NCBI GenBank assembly: GCA_030610815.1
Contig: JAUWRA010000001.1
Coordinates: 1 to 44,062, forward strand
Length of the DNA stretch: 44,062 nucleotides
Direction: 5' to 3'
Source of the DNA: Methanosarcinales archaeon
GTDB lineage: Archaea > Halobacteriota > Methanosarcinia > Methanosarcinales > Methanocomedenaceae
Shown here: in pieces, positions 1 to 9,593 of the stretch
Numbering within the stretch: position 1 is the first letter of the stretch
Layout: every line of letters begins with the position of its first letter
Translations under genes and position numbers: made by a program
Notes under the pieces: model-generated
The model's database searches: none
Seen by the model: the letters and a program-made list of their open reading frames with translations, nothing else
What the model was told of the DNA's origin: nothing

Positions 1-619
1 AAGTTTCAGGAATACTTTATTATATCCATCTTTGGCCGGACCGAGGTAGACGTAGTGAATGTGTAAATGGCCAGACAGATTGTGTTTTTCTAGTGTGGAA
101 TTTTGATGTAAGTTGTGCCTTGGTGTGGAAAATCAGCTAAATTAACGCAGATATGATGCAGCAAATTTGCGTTTATTCTTTTGCGATTGTCTCTTCGGGC
201 ATTTTTGGTATCTTACCATGAGATTTATAAAATTAATGATATATTTATATAAATATATTGAATCACAATCAAAAGATTAATATGTCATGATTTTTCATGT
301 TTTATTAAATATTCAGAAAATATCTTGAACGAAAGTGTCAGGATGATTTCAGGATTTACGCAATTTCATAATTCGAATTCCAGTGGTGGGATGAAAGATG
401 AAAAAAAAGCGGAGTAGTAGTGTAAAGTATATTCTTGCAAAGAATGTAGGAAGTAGCGGGAATAGTATAATTCACAGGTGGATATCTATGCTGCTGGATG
501 GTATTTGTACGGGAACGTCAGGCGTTACGGCGTTTTGGGCGAATAGTAACGCGGTTCAACAGAAGGAAATCACTAACGAAAAGTGTTTACTGAATAAAAT
601 AACAGATGAGGTGTAGGTT

Positions 620-1756
620 ATGCGAACAAGATCAATAATTATTACAATCGTTGCTGCATTGCTGCTGTTCTCAGCGGCTTCGAATGCAGTTTATGCAAAG
701 GGACAGGGCAGCCTGATCGATGAACTGACAGAGATCGACTCTTTTCACCCGCCGGCGGCCAATGATCCGAGAATCCCAATGTATAACGAATGGCACTACT
801 TCAATGTGATCGATGAAGAACAGAACCTTTCATTCATGACTACATTGAAATTAAGTGGGGATATTTATAATCCTATTCCTTTTAACAGTTCTGTGGCTAC
901 GGTTGTATTGAGTTATTCCACACCGGATGGTGAAAATACAACAGGGGATTTCTACCCGATAAATCCAGATTATGTGGAATATTCAAGTGAAACACCCGAT
1001 CTTCGAATCTACAGCAATACGGTCACGCTGACCGAAGAAGGATACCATGTACATGTCGAATCCGCTGATAGCCAGACGGTTTTTGATGCCATGTTTAAAC
1101 CATTTACCGAGCCGGCCCCGTTTTTTACTGCTATGCCCTCCGAACCTGACCGGATGATTAACTGGCTGGTTGCATCACCAAAGATGAAAGTAACGGGTAA
1201 TCTTACCATCAATAGAGGAACACCAGATGAAACGACATACACTCTGGAAAATGTAAGGGGTTACCATGATCACAACTGGGGCTACTGGCTGTGGCAGGAC
1301 GATATCGGATGGGACTGGGGACAGGCGAGCGAGAGCAAAAATCACCTGGATGGAAATGATGTGGGTAAATATGCATTTTGCTTTGGGAATGTTACCAACA
1401 ATGCACATAACGAATCAAGAGGGGCTGTTCTGAATATATGGAAGAATAAAAAGATAATTGCGAGATTCGAGAATGAGACGATACAGATCCAGCACTATAA
1501 TATGACCACACTACCTCAAATACCTGAACTCCAGAACAATTCGTTCCCACTGGTTACAGTCCTCAATGCCAATGATAGTGAGAACACCATGAGTATCAGC
1601 TTTATCACCGAAGACGTCACCCCGCTTCCAGTACTGGTCGGAGTTGACAAATATTTGGTAATATGGGAATTGACTGGGACCTACGTGGTCAATGGATGTA
1701 TAGATGGAAAACCTGTTTCGTACACATCGAAAGGATTTATGGAATATGTGGCATAA
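620..1756 (+). CDS. Secreted protein of unknown function, possibly AttH/CrtC-like (lipocalin-fold hydratase family)
   Basis: 378-aa ORF with a signal-like N-terminus MRTRSIIITIVAALLLFSAASNAVYA and many N-x-S/T sequons. The EWHYFNV and GYHDHNWGYW motifs resemble AttH/CrtC-type proteins from memory only. Confidence 0.55.
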   Translation: MRTRSIIITIVAALLLFSAASNAVYAKGQGSLIDELTEIDSFHPPAANDPRIPMYNEWHYFNVIDEEQNLSFMTTLKLSGDIYNPIPFNSSVATVVLSYSTPDGENTTGDFYPINPDYVEYSSETPDLRIYSNTVTLTEEGYHVHVESADSQTVFDAMFKPFTEPAPFFTAMPSEPDRMINWLVASPKMKVTGNLTINRGTPDETTYTLENVRGYHDHNWGYWLWQDDIGWDWGQASESKNHLDGNDVGKYAFCFGNVTNNAHNESRGAVLNIWKNKKIIARFENETIQIQHYNMTTLPQIPELQNNSFPLVTVLNANDSENTMSISFITEDVTPLPVLVGVDKYLVIWELTGTYVVNGCIDGKPVSYTSKGFMEYVA

Positions 1757-1804
1757 GGAATAGAACCGGTAGGATGATTCATATCTGCTTCTTATCCATG
1801 ATAA

Positions 1805-2293
1805 AAACAGGTATGTGGTTTAGCCCGCATAGTCAGGGCTATGGTGGAGCCTGAACTGCTGAACAATACCCTGTGGGATGAGCGGGATCTGACCAACAGT
1901 TCCTGCGAGCGGGTCATCTTCCCCGAGACCTGTGTGCTCACCGACCACATCCTGAAACTGGCTGAGGGTATTATTGCAAATCTACGTTTCTTTCCTGAGA
2001 ATATCAAGCGCAACCTGGAGCTTATGCGCGGGCTGAATATGGGCGAGGCTGTGATGATAGAGCTGGCAAAGCGGGGTGTGGGCAGGCAGGAGGCGCATGA
2101 GATTGTGAGGACCAGCGCCATGGAGGCCCGCGAGTCGGGCAGGCATATGAAGGAGGTACTGATGTCGCGGCCTGAGGTGACTGAGTTTATTAGTGCCGGG
2201 GGATCAAAGGGCGTTATGGACCCTGAGGGGTATATTGGCACTGCGGTGGAGCAGGTGGAGGCTGTGGTGGAACAGTTGAGGGGTAAGCATTAA
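1805..2293 (+). pseudogene. purB: Adenylosuccinate lyase (PurB) C-terminal remnant, about the last third only
   Basis: The frame is open from 1805, after a stop at 1802-1804. GLARIVRA...LWDERDLTNSSCERVIFPE...FFPENIKRNLE...EAHEIVR matches the PurB C-terminal region. No N-terminal two thirds is present, and an unrelated gene ends at 1756. Confidence 0.8.
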
Positions 2294-2331
2294 TACTTGA
2301 AAAGGAAACTCTGGTAAGGGAGTATTTCATC

Positions 2332-2892
2332 ATGAGGATATTTTCAATTCTTGTGCTGCTGGTACTTATTTCAGGATGTATAGCCAGTGAGCCTGATGAA
2401 GAGCCCCTGATTGAGGAGGAAATAAATATGGATGCAATATCGATTTCTTCGGACGTATTTGAGAACGGGGGTATGCTGTCGTCCGAATACACATGTGACG
2501 GCAATGATGTATCACCCGACCTGTCCTGGGACACCGTACCTGCAGGCACACAGTCCATAGCCCTTATCGTGGACGACCCGGACGCCCCCGGCAAAACCTG
2601 GGTCCAGTGGGTGATCTACAACATACCTGCCAACAGCACCGGACTGCCCCTGGATGTACCCAGGAATGAGACCCTGGACGACGGCAGCCTGCAGGGCAAG
2701 AATGACTTTGGCAGGATCGGATATAACGGACCCTGCCCGCCGCCGGGTAAGCCCCACAGGTATTTCTTCAAGGTATATGCCCTGGACACCACACTTGACC
2801 GGAAGAGCGGTGCAACCAAATCCCAGCTTGAGGCTGCCATGTCAGGGCACATCCTGGCACAGGGAGAGATGGTAGGGAAATACGGGCGCTGA
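2332..2892 (+). CDS. PEBP / YbhB-YbcL family lipoprotein
   Basis: 186 aa. Lipobox-like N-terminus MRIFSILVLLVLISGC. PEBP motifs LIVDDPDAP and GYNGPCPPPGKPHRYFFKVYALD. Confidence 0.85.
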   Translation: MRIFSILVLLVLISGCIASEPDEEPLIEEEINMDAISISSDVFENGGMLSSEYTCDGNDVSPDLSWDTVPAGTQSIALIVDDPDAPGKTWVQWVIYNIPANSTGLPLDVPRNETLDDGSLQGKNDFGRIGYNGPCPPPGKPHRYFFKVYALDTTLDRKSGATKSQLEAAMSGHILAQGEMVGKYGR

Positions 2893-2942
2893 TCAGCATT
2901 AGTGAATTCAGGAATTCCCAGTAAAAAAGAACTGTTATTTCA
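2644..2942 (+). repeat. Direct repeat copy A (3' end of the PEBP gene plus 50 bp downstream)
   Basis: Aligns base for base with 4312-4609. I count 7 substitutions and one 1-nt indel in an A-run. Confidence 0.95.
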
Positions 2943-3016
2943 CCAATGCATTGTAATTACAATGCTAAAACCCATACATGCATTGATATATAATACAGAA
3001 GACCAAATATAGAACA

Positions 3017-3352
3017 GTGATAAAAATGCCAGAAATGATTGCACTGCCTGCAACAATTGAAATGGAAATGAAGGCATTGGTCAGGGATGGACATTATGCT
3101 AATCTTAATGAAGCAATAAAAGACGCATTCAGGACTTTATTAAATGTCAGACCTGAACTGAAAACCTCAGCAGTGATAGAACTTTACAAAGAATGTGAAA
3201 TATCCATAGGTAAAGCTGCTGAAATGGTAGGTGTATCAACCATCGAATTCAAAGACATTCTTGTAAATAGGGGCATTCGCCGAGAGGTGGGCTCAAGAAG
3301 TAAAAAAGAGCTTGACGAAGGCGTTGAACTGATTAATAAGTTAAGAAAATGA
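3017..3352 (+). CDS. UPF0175-family antitoxin-like protein
   Basis: 111 aa (GTG start; an ATG lies at 3026). The C-terminal HTH-like segment ISIGKAAEMVGVSTIEFKDILVNRGI is typical of UPF0175. It overlaps the next gene through ATGA. Confidence 0.7.
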   Translation: MIKMPEMIALPATIEMEMKALVRDGHYANLNEAIKDAFRTLLNVRPELKTSAVIELYKECEISIGKAAEMVGVSTIEFKDILVNRGIRREVGSRSKKELDEGVELINKLRK

Positions 3353-3858
3353 CATCGTTAGTCTTTGATACTGATGTTCTCAGCACATTTGGCAAGATAA
3401 AACGGCTTGACCTTTTGGAAAAGTTATTTCCTGGTGCTGACTTCTCAATTCCAACCCCAGTTAATAATGAACTTTTCAAAGCAAAGGATTGCGGATATGA
3501 GTTCGTTGATCATATAACAGACTCCCGGATTTTCGAAGTCACACTACTTAGGCAAGAAGAAGTAGGTTTTTTAGAAAAACTACGTGATGAACGGCGAAAG
3601 TTGGGACCTGGTGAATTGGAATGCATATCTATTTGCAAACACCGGGACAGCGTTTTGGTTACAAATGATACGGCTGCCAAGAAAGTTTGTGACCATTATG
3701 ATATTAAATTCATTGATCTAAGCATGCTTCTTAAGTCTTTGATAGTAACTGACATCCTCACATCCAAAGAAGTGGAAGCATTGATGGATGAAATAGAAGA
3801 CAAAGATAAAGTAATAATTTCAAATGCGGATTACATTTTGAACAGTAATGACCTGTAA
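3349..3858 (+). CDS. PIN-like (DUF3368-type) putative toxin
   Basis: 169 aa. N-terminal LVFDTDVLS acidic motif and a later VTNDTAA. 4-nt overlap with the upstream UPF0175 gene, which is the usual partner arrangement. Confidence 0.65.
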   Translation: MTSLVFDTDVLSTFGKIKRLDLLEKLFPGADFSIPTPVNNELFKAKDCGYEFVDHITDSRIFEVTLLRQEEVGFLEKLRDERRKLGPGELECISICKHRDSVLVTNDTAAKKVCDHYDIKFIDLSMLLKSLIVTDILTSKEVEALMDEIEDKDKVIISNADYILNSNDL

Positions 3859-4311
3859 TATTGTGCTTTTACCATTAGCTTAGTCCACATTTAAATGTAG
3901 TACTTGTTGCACCTATCTACACCCATTGGCACTGCAATTACCAATCATACCCACACCCACCCTGGTTTGTGGTTATCCGGCTTGTGCACGGGAACGGTGA
4001 TATTATGGTGCCTGGTGAATTGGGCCGGTATAAGGATAGTTCTGGACCCGGCAGTGGATGGTACTGGTGGGCGGGGTAACCAGAATATCTTTAGTGACAT
4101 TCCTGGTGGTGAATCTCCACCGGATGTCTATACTGAGAACTAAATTATGAAACCATTTGAGGGGGCACTGGATCTATACGGAAAGTAACGCCGTATTGGA
4201 AGCAATCGATAATTTAAGGGTCGAATAGAAAAATAGATGTAATATTTGATAGCCAACTCACTATTATTGTTTTATTCAAATGTTAAAATAGCAAAATCAG
4301 GAAATTATACG

Positions 4312-4560
4312 CTGCCCCTGGATGTACCCAGGAATGAGACCCAGGACGACGGCAGCCTGCAGGGCAAGAACGACTTTGGCAGGATCGGCTATAACGGACC
4401 CTGCCCGCCGCCGGGCAAGCCCCACAGGTATTTCTTCAAGGTATATGCCCTGGACACCACACTTGACCTGAAGAGCGGTGCAACCAAATCCCAGCTTGAG
4501 GCTGCCATGTCAGGGCACATCCTGGCACAGGGAGAGATGATAGGAAAATACGGGCGCTGA
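4312..4560 (+). pseudogene. PEBP-family gene fragment (last ~82 codons)
   Basis: Encodes LPLDVPRNETQDDGSLQGKNDFGRIGYNGPCPPPGKPHRYFF...GKYGR, which differs at 3 residues from the end of the intact gene. The TTG-initiated ORF 4246-4560 has a non-homologous N-terminus. Confidence 0.85.
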
Positions 4561-4609
4561 TCAGCATTAGTGAATTCAGGAATTCCCAGTAAAAAGAACT
4601 GTTATTTCA
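4312..4609 (+). repeat. Direct repeat copy B (displaced PEBP 3' end plus downstream)
   Basis: Near-identical to 2644-2942. Sequence upstream of 4312 is unrelated to the PEBP gene. Confidence 0.95.
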
Positions 4610-4705
4610 GTGAGGTAGACCCTGTGCCCATTCCCCATATCTATCGTGTTCGGTACAAGATTTACGGTGAACTCATCCAGGACGCGTATTCTCATGTACA
4701 GGAAA

Positions 4706-5533
4706 TTAACAAACCTCTTTTTTCAGAAACACAACAGTATTATTAACAGGCGGTTCAGGTCGGATCCTGAGATATTCCACAAACTGTTCAGGTAATTCAA
4801 ATGAAGAACACGTTTCCAATACTCTTCTTAATCCCTTTTCATAGATGCGGTAGGATAGTCCGATCCCTCCCGGGAGCACGTTTGCCAGATAATCAAATAT
4901 CTCCTTTTTAGGTTCAGCTGCAGCAGCAACCATCAGATGGTCACATTTGTCACCAAGGGGTAAAATGAAGTGGTTTCCATGTATTATCCTGATCTGATCT
5001 AAAAGTCCCAGTTTCTCCAGTACATTTCTTGAAAGTTCTGCCCTACCAGGATCCCGTTCAATCCCGATTCCTTTAAGTCCATGCCAATGACAAAGAGCTA
5101 TAAGTGTTAGAGGTAGCGGTCCGCTCCCAAGAAAAATAACAGTATCGCCTGGTTTTAGTTCAGATCCATGATATTCGGTCTGGGCGAGTTGAAGATAATT
5201 GGGGAAATTAGTGAAATTCTTCAGAACTTCCCATGGTTCTTCACTGGCCAGTATGGCTTTTGCATTTTCAATTTCAAGTCTCAAACTATATAGATTCCTG
5301 AACCTGACAATAGCTTCAAGTACTGAATTATATTCAGGATTACAGATTGTTTCTTCTGCCAATTTATCATCAATATCCATTGCAGCCAGACAATCCAATC
5401 TGTGAAAATAGGTTCCAAGATGATTCGAAGTACTGTGAAGGATATCTTGATCCTTAAGATCTTTTGTAGTTGAATTTATATTTAATAGTTCTGCAATTAT
5501 AATTTTTATTGACTGTTCAGTAATATTACTCAC
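4706..5533 (-). CDS. Nicotianamine synthase-like protein (paralog 1)
   Basis: 275 aa. FLGSGPLPLTLIAL SAM-binding motif characteristic of NAS/CntL-type enzymes. C-terminal PEPPVNNTVVF. Confidence 0.75.
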   Translation of the reverse strand: MSNITEQSIKIIIAELLNINSTTKDLKDQDILHSTSNHLGTYFHRLDCLAAMDIDDKLAEETICNPEYNSVLEAIVRFRNLYSLRLEIENAKAILASEEPWEVLKNFTNFPNYLQLAQTEYHGSELKPGDTVIFLGSGPLPLTLIALCHWHGLKGIGIERDPGRAELSRNVLEKLGLLDQIRIIHGNHFILPLGDKCDHLMVAAAAEPKKEIFDYLANVLPGGIGLSYRIYEKGLRRVLETCSSFELPEQFVEYLRIRPEPPVNNTVVFLKKEVC

Positions 5534-5766
5534 AACCTAATACGTATTATATAATTATACTTTTTATAAGTTGTTATTATACTGTAAAGCCTTTGTGAGT
5601 TCACTTGTTATTTGAAATAGAATAACTATCCGATTAGGCCAACTACTATCTAATTATCTGCTAATACTGCGTTATTATGGATAACTTTATATTAAATCAA
5701 TCATAACTGGTTTTACTACAAATAACTAAAATAGTAGAATTAATTCATATTTGATTGGTGAGATTT

Positions 5767-6165
5767 ATGACAAATAAAATTGGAATACTGGCTATGGGCC
5801 ATGGGAGCAGCCTCCCGCATAACAAAGAAGTAATAACAAAAGTTGCCAACATGATTGCAGAAAAATATCCTGATACGGTCGTGAGGACTGGATTTATGAA
5901 TATGAACAATCCCACCATGGATGAGGGATTAGAAGCTTTCGAGAATACGGGTGTATCTTCTATAATAGCCGTACCTTTATTCCTGGCTCACGGTGTACAT
6001 ACTACTGAAGATATCCCCGAGATTCTGGGTGTCAGCCGAGAAAATCGCAAGAGGAACGTCAAAGTTGATGGCAACGACGTGACCTTGATCTATGCCGAAC
6101 CACTGGGTCCAGATCCCGTGATAGCAGACCTTGCATACAGGAGGGCTATTGAAGCCCTGGAATAA
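5767..6165 (+). CDS. cbiX: Small sirohydrochlorin chelatase CbiX(S)/CfbA type
   Basis: 132 aa from the ATG at 5767 (the ORF track starts at a TTG at 5755). GILAMGHGSSLPHNKE and AVPLFLAHGVHTTEDIP are the catalytic-His motifs of small CbiX / Ni-chelatase CfbA. Confidence 0.85.
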   Translation: MTNKIGILAMGHGSSLPHNKEVITKVANMIAEKYPDTVVRTGFMNMNNPTMDEGLEAFENTGVSSIIAVPLFLAHGVHTTEDIPEILGVSRENRKRNVKVDGNDVTLIYAEPLGPDPVIADLAYRRAIEALE

Positions 6166-6243
6166 AAAGAAACAAAAATAGGATAAAAGCTGATCTCACC
6201 TCTAACGTGGTGGGATCAGCCATATGATCTGGTTCACAGAAAA

Positions 6244-7194
6244 TTAACAAACCTCTTTTGTTACAAACACAACAGTATTATTGACAGGTGGTTCTGGCTG
6301 GACCCGAAGATATTCTTTAAACTGTTCAGGTAATTCAAATAAATAAAATGTGTCTAACAACCTTCTTAATCCCTTTTCATAGATGCGGTAAGATAATTTG
6401 GTCCCTGCAGGGAGCACTTTTGCCAGATGATTAAATATCTCTTTTTTAGGTTCAGCTTGAGCAGCTATCATGATTAGCTCGGACCTGGTTTTCAAAGGTA
6501 ATGTTAATTGATCACCGTTAATTATTTCAATCTGATCAGAAAGCCCAAGCTTTTTCAGCACTTGTCTTGAGAGTTCTGCTCTATCAGGTTCCCTTTCAAT
6601 CCCGATTCCATTAAGTCCATGCCAATGGCAGAGAACTATAAGAGTTAAAGGTAGCGGTCCACTCCCGAGAAATACAACACTGTCACCAGGTTTGAGCCTG
6701 GCTCCCTGAAATTCAGTTTGGGACAATTTGAGATAATTAGAAATATAAGTGAAATTTGTAAGCATTTCCCAGGGATCTCTACTTTCCAGTATGGAATGTG
6801 CATGTTCAATTTCCAATTTTGCAGTATATATGCTTCTGAATCTGGCAATAGCATCAAATGCAAAATTAAATACAGAATCAGAGAGGATGGCTTCTTCAGA
6901 TTTTTCATATTTATTTATTGCTATCAAATGATCCAGTCTTTGAAAAATGGTTTTGAGATAATTTGAATGATCCTGAAGAATCTCTTCATCCTTGAGATCC
7001 TTGATCGATGAATATATCTCAAAAATTTCTTCAATTATTTTTTCTGAGAAATCCCCGGTACTATAGCTCACACCGGAAATGTGCTTTCCATATATGTCTA
7101 TACCGTAAACAGAAGTAGTTGGTTCGTATATCTGTATTGAACTCATGATCATCACAGCCAAATAGGATTCAGTAAATTGACAACCCATCGACAA
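6244..7194 (-). CDS. Nicotianamine synthase-like protein (paralog 2)
   Basis: Same FLGSGPLPLTLIVL and PEPPVNNTVVF motifs as paralog 1, with roughly 80 percent nucleotide similarity by eye near the 3' end. The start is uncertain (TTG 7194, ATG 7188, 7152 or 7146). It has a ~30-aa N-terminal extension relative to paralog 1. Confidence 0.75.
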   Translation of the reverse strand: MSMGCQFTESYLAVMIMSSIQIYEPTTSVYGIDIYGKHISGVSYSTGDFSEKIIEEIFEIYSSIKDLKDEEILQDHSNYLKTIFQRLDHLIAINKYEKSEEAILSDSVFNFAFDAIARFRSIYTAKLEIEHAHSILESRDPWEMLTNFTYISNYLKLSQTEFQGARLKPGDSVVFLGSGPLPLTLIVLCHWHGLNGIGIEREPDRAELSRQVLKKLGLSDQIEIINGDQLTLPLKTRSELIMIAAQAEPKKEIFNHLAKVLPAGTKLSYRIYEKGLRRLLDTFYLFELPEQFKEYLRVQPEPPVNNTVVFVTKEVC

Positions 7195-7831
7195 GATGTG
7201 ATTAATACACTATTTTTTCAGATGTTGTCAAAATTCTCCAAAATGACAAAATCCTTAATTCACCACAATAGAACAAGACTAAATGTATCACTTAACTCTT
7301 TCGAGGCACACTGGTATATTAACAAATAATATCTAATGTACATGTAAAATTTCTGATGACCAGCATATAATTTAGGAATGCGTATTACAATTATATAATT
7401 TATGACATTTGTTGCTGAAAAGATTTTCGAACATACCCTCTAAAAAAAGGAAAATGCCCTACAAGCAGAGAAAGAATTACATAAAGACCGCTTCAATGGT
7501 GATTGTAGCTATCAATAAGCTTCATAATCTGCTCATGTGTAAGTTCGTGAATGTGAAGATAGATGTGCCCTTTCCCCATCTATATCGTCTATGTGAGCAC
7601 ATCAATGGCTTTACCTATTGTGAGGGGTAGAATATCACAGCCATTGCCCTGAATAGGATAATGGCGGTCAGGTCTGACGTTGTATCGGAAAAATCAATGC
7701 ATGGGGTAGCAGTATGAACAATTTTGATAAGTTTCCTATTCTTAAAATCCCGTGCCTGAATGTATGCACATATCCAATCTTCCAGTGAATAAGCGACAGT
7801 TACAAGTGGGATTCAGTGATATTAATAATAC

Positions 7832-8386
7832 ATGTCCGACCTACTGGAAAAATCCCTGAAAGCAGCCCCTATAGTGAACCGCGGCGAGTACAATTATTTC
7901 ATACATCCTATTACTGACGGTGTTCCATATCTGGAACCTGCCCTGCTGAATGAAGTGACTGACAGAATAATTGCTGTTGCAGAACCAGGCTTTGATAAGA
8001 TACTTACCATCGAGGCCATGGGTATCCATATCGGAACAGCCCTTGCCCTCAGGACAGGTAAACCCATGTCTATAGTCAGAAAACGTCCGTATGGGCTTCC
8101 GAATGAGGTGAAGATACACCAGGCTACTGGCTATTCGAAAGGCGAACTGTACCTGAACGGGATATCCGCAGGTGAGCGTTTGATCATAATCGATGATGTG
8201 GTCAGCACAGGTGGGACGCTGGAAGCTGTTTGGCAGGCTGTGGGGATAGCGGGTGGAATTATCGTGGATACCGTCGTGGTTATCGAGCGGGGAGATGGCG
8301 CAAAGCGGCTCAGACAGGCGGGTTTGCCTGTGAAGACCCTGGTAAGGATCGATGTTGGTCCTGAGGGTGTGGAGATATTAGGATAA
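7832..8386 (+). CDS. hpt: Archaeal hypoxanthine/guanine phosphoribosyltransferase
   Basis: 184 aa. N-terminal [13 protein letters not shown] and PRTase motif [14 protein letters not shown]. Confidence 0.8.
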   Translation: MSDLLEKSLKAAPIVNRGEYNYFIHPITDGVPYLEPALLNEVTDRIIAVAEPGFDKILTIEAMGIHIGTALALRTGKPMSIVRKRPYGLPNEVKIHQATGYSKGELYLNGISAGERLIIIDDVVSTGGTLEAVWQAVGIAGGIIVDTVVVIERGDGAKRLRQAGLPVKTLVRIDVGPEGVEILG

Positions 8387-8402
8387 TATATTCATCACAG
8401 CC

Positions 8403-9419
8403 ATGAACAATTCATCTTTTCTTGATATATTTGACTTTGACCTGGACAGGGTAGTTGACCTGATCAACCGATCAGATGCAAGGACTGTGGGTCTTCAATT
8501 CCCGGAAGGCTTTAAGAGGCAGGCATTTTCCATAACAAGGGAACTGGAAGACAAGACCGGGGCTGTTGTGATTGTATCCGGCAACCCATGTTTCGGGGCT
8601 TGTGATATCGATATGGTACTTAAAGGTTCTGTGGATATCATGTTCCATTTCGGCCATTCCGAACTTATGGACGGGCTGGATAATGTAATTTTTATGGAAA
8701 CACCGGCCAGGGTGGATATCGGGCATGTGGTTGAAATGGCGGCCGTTAAACTGGATGCAGGCACAGTGGGTCTTGTGACCACTGTCCAGCATGTCCATCA
8801 ACTGGACAAGGCCAGGAATATCCTGGGATCAAGTGGCATGTTATGTGTGATAGGTACCGGTGATTCAAGGATCAAATATCCGGGACAGTTGCTGGGGTGT
8901 AACTTTTCGGCTGCTGAGGCCAAATGCGACAGCTATCTGTATATCGGAAGCGGGAAGTTCCATCCTTTGGGTGTGGCTGTGGCAACAAGGCGAAAAGTAC
9001 TGGCGGCCGACCCCATGTTGAACACTGTTGAGTGGGTGGACCCTGAAAGGATATTGAGGCAAAGGGGCGGGGTGATCGCCAGGTGTCTTGATGCCACTTC
9101 CTTTGGCATAATCGTATCCACCAAGATAGGGCAGGAGAGGATGGGACTGGCACGGCAGCTGGCTGAACTTGCTAAAAAGCATGGTAAGGAACATATCATT
9201 ATTTCTCTGGACAATATCACTCCCGATGCTTTATTGCAGTTCAAGGTGGATGCTTTTGTAAATACGGCATGTCCGCGCATTGCCATAGATGAGGGGGGAC
9301 GGTTCAATGCGCCTGTGCTTACGCCAGTAGAGTTTGAGATTGTGCTCGGGGAGCGGGACTGGGCTGACCTAGTGTTCGATGAGATAAGGGATGATACCAT
9401 TAAGGTTATTAAATATTGA
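8403..9419 (+). CDS. dph2: Diphthamide synthesis protein Dph2 (2-(3-amino-3-carboxypropyl)histidine synthase)
   Basis: 338 aa. [22 protein letters not shown] and [10 protein letters not shown] Cys motifs typical of archaeal Dph2. Confidence 0.85.
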   Translation: MNNSSFLDIFDFDLDRVVDLINRSDARTVGLQFPEGFKRQAFSITRELEDKTGAVVIVSGNPCFGACDIDMVLKGSVDIMFHFGHSELMDGLDNVIFMETPARVDIGHVVEMAAVKLDAGTVGLVTTVQHVHQLDKARNILGSSGMLCVIGTGDSRIKYPGQLLGCNFSAAEAKCDSYLYIGSGKFHPLGVAVATRRKVLAADPMLNTVEWVDPERILRQRGGVIARCLDATSFGIIVSTKIGQERMGLARQLAELAKKHGKEHIIISLDNITPDALLQFKVDAFVNTACPRIAIDEGGRFNAPVLTPVEFEIVLGERDWADLVFDEIRDDTIKVIKY

Positions 9420-9446
9420 ATTAAATGGGTATCTGAGGTGACCTCT

Positions 9447-9587
9447 ATGTCAAAATTTAAAAAAAGAGACTTGGAACGTAAAGGTGAAAAGAAAAAACAG
9501 ATTCTTGAAAAAAAATTGATTAAGAATAATCTTGAGTCATTGACAGGGTCAGAAGGGGAAATCGCAAAATTACCCGAAGAGGAGTAG
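9447..9587 (+). CDS. Small K/E-rich protein (46 aa), hypothetical
   Basis: ATG preceded by GAGGTGA 5 nt upstream. MSKFKKRDLERKGEKKKQILEKKLIKNN...LPEEE. It is below the ORF-track size cutoff and has no recognisable family. Confidence 0.3.
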   Translation: MSKFKKRDLERKGEKKKQILEKKLIKNNLESLTGSEGEIAKLPEEE

Positions 9588-9593
9588 TTCCTG

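Noticed and set aside
1-132. Minus-strand open frame running off the left edge (…GHLHIHYVYLGPAKDGYNKVFLKL)
   Set aside because: There is no start codon within the window, it is only ~44 codons long, and I recognise no family. It cannot be called.
398-616. 72-aa plus-strand ORF upstream of the secreted-protein gene
   Set aside because: It lies in AT-rich promoter-like DNA, its composition is not protein-like, and it shows no motif. It is probably a chance ORF.
3904-4143. 79-aa TTG-initiated ORF inside the TA-cassette insert
   Set aside because: It has no recognisable domain, and an alternative frame (…FVVIRLVHGNGDIMVPGE…) looks equally gene-like. The region is probably a decayed remnant, so it is left unannotated.
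7409-7630. 73-aa ORF in the 640-bp spacer upstream of hpt
   Set aside because: The sequence is basic and low-complexity with no ribosome-binding site or motif. The short frames on the opposite strand are no better.
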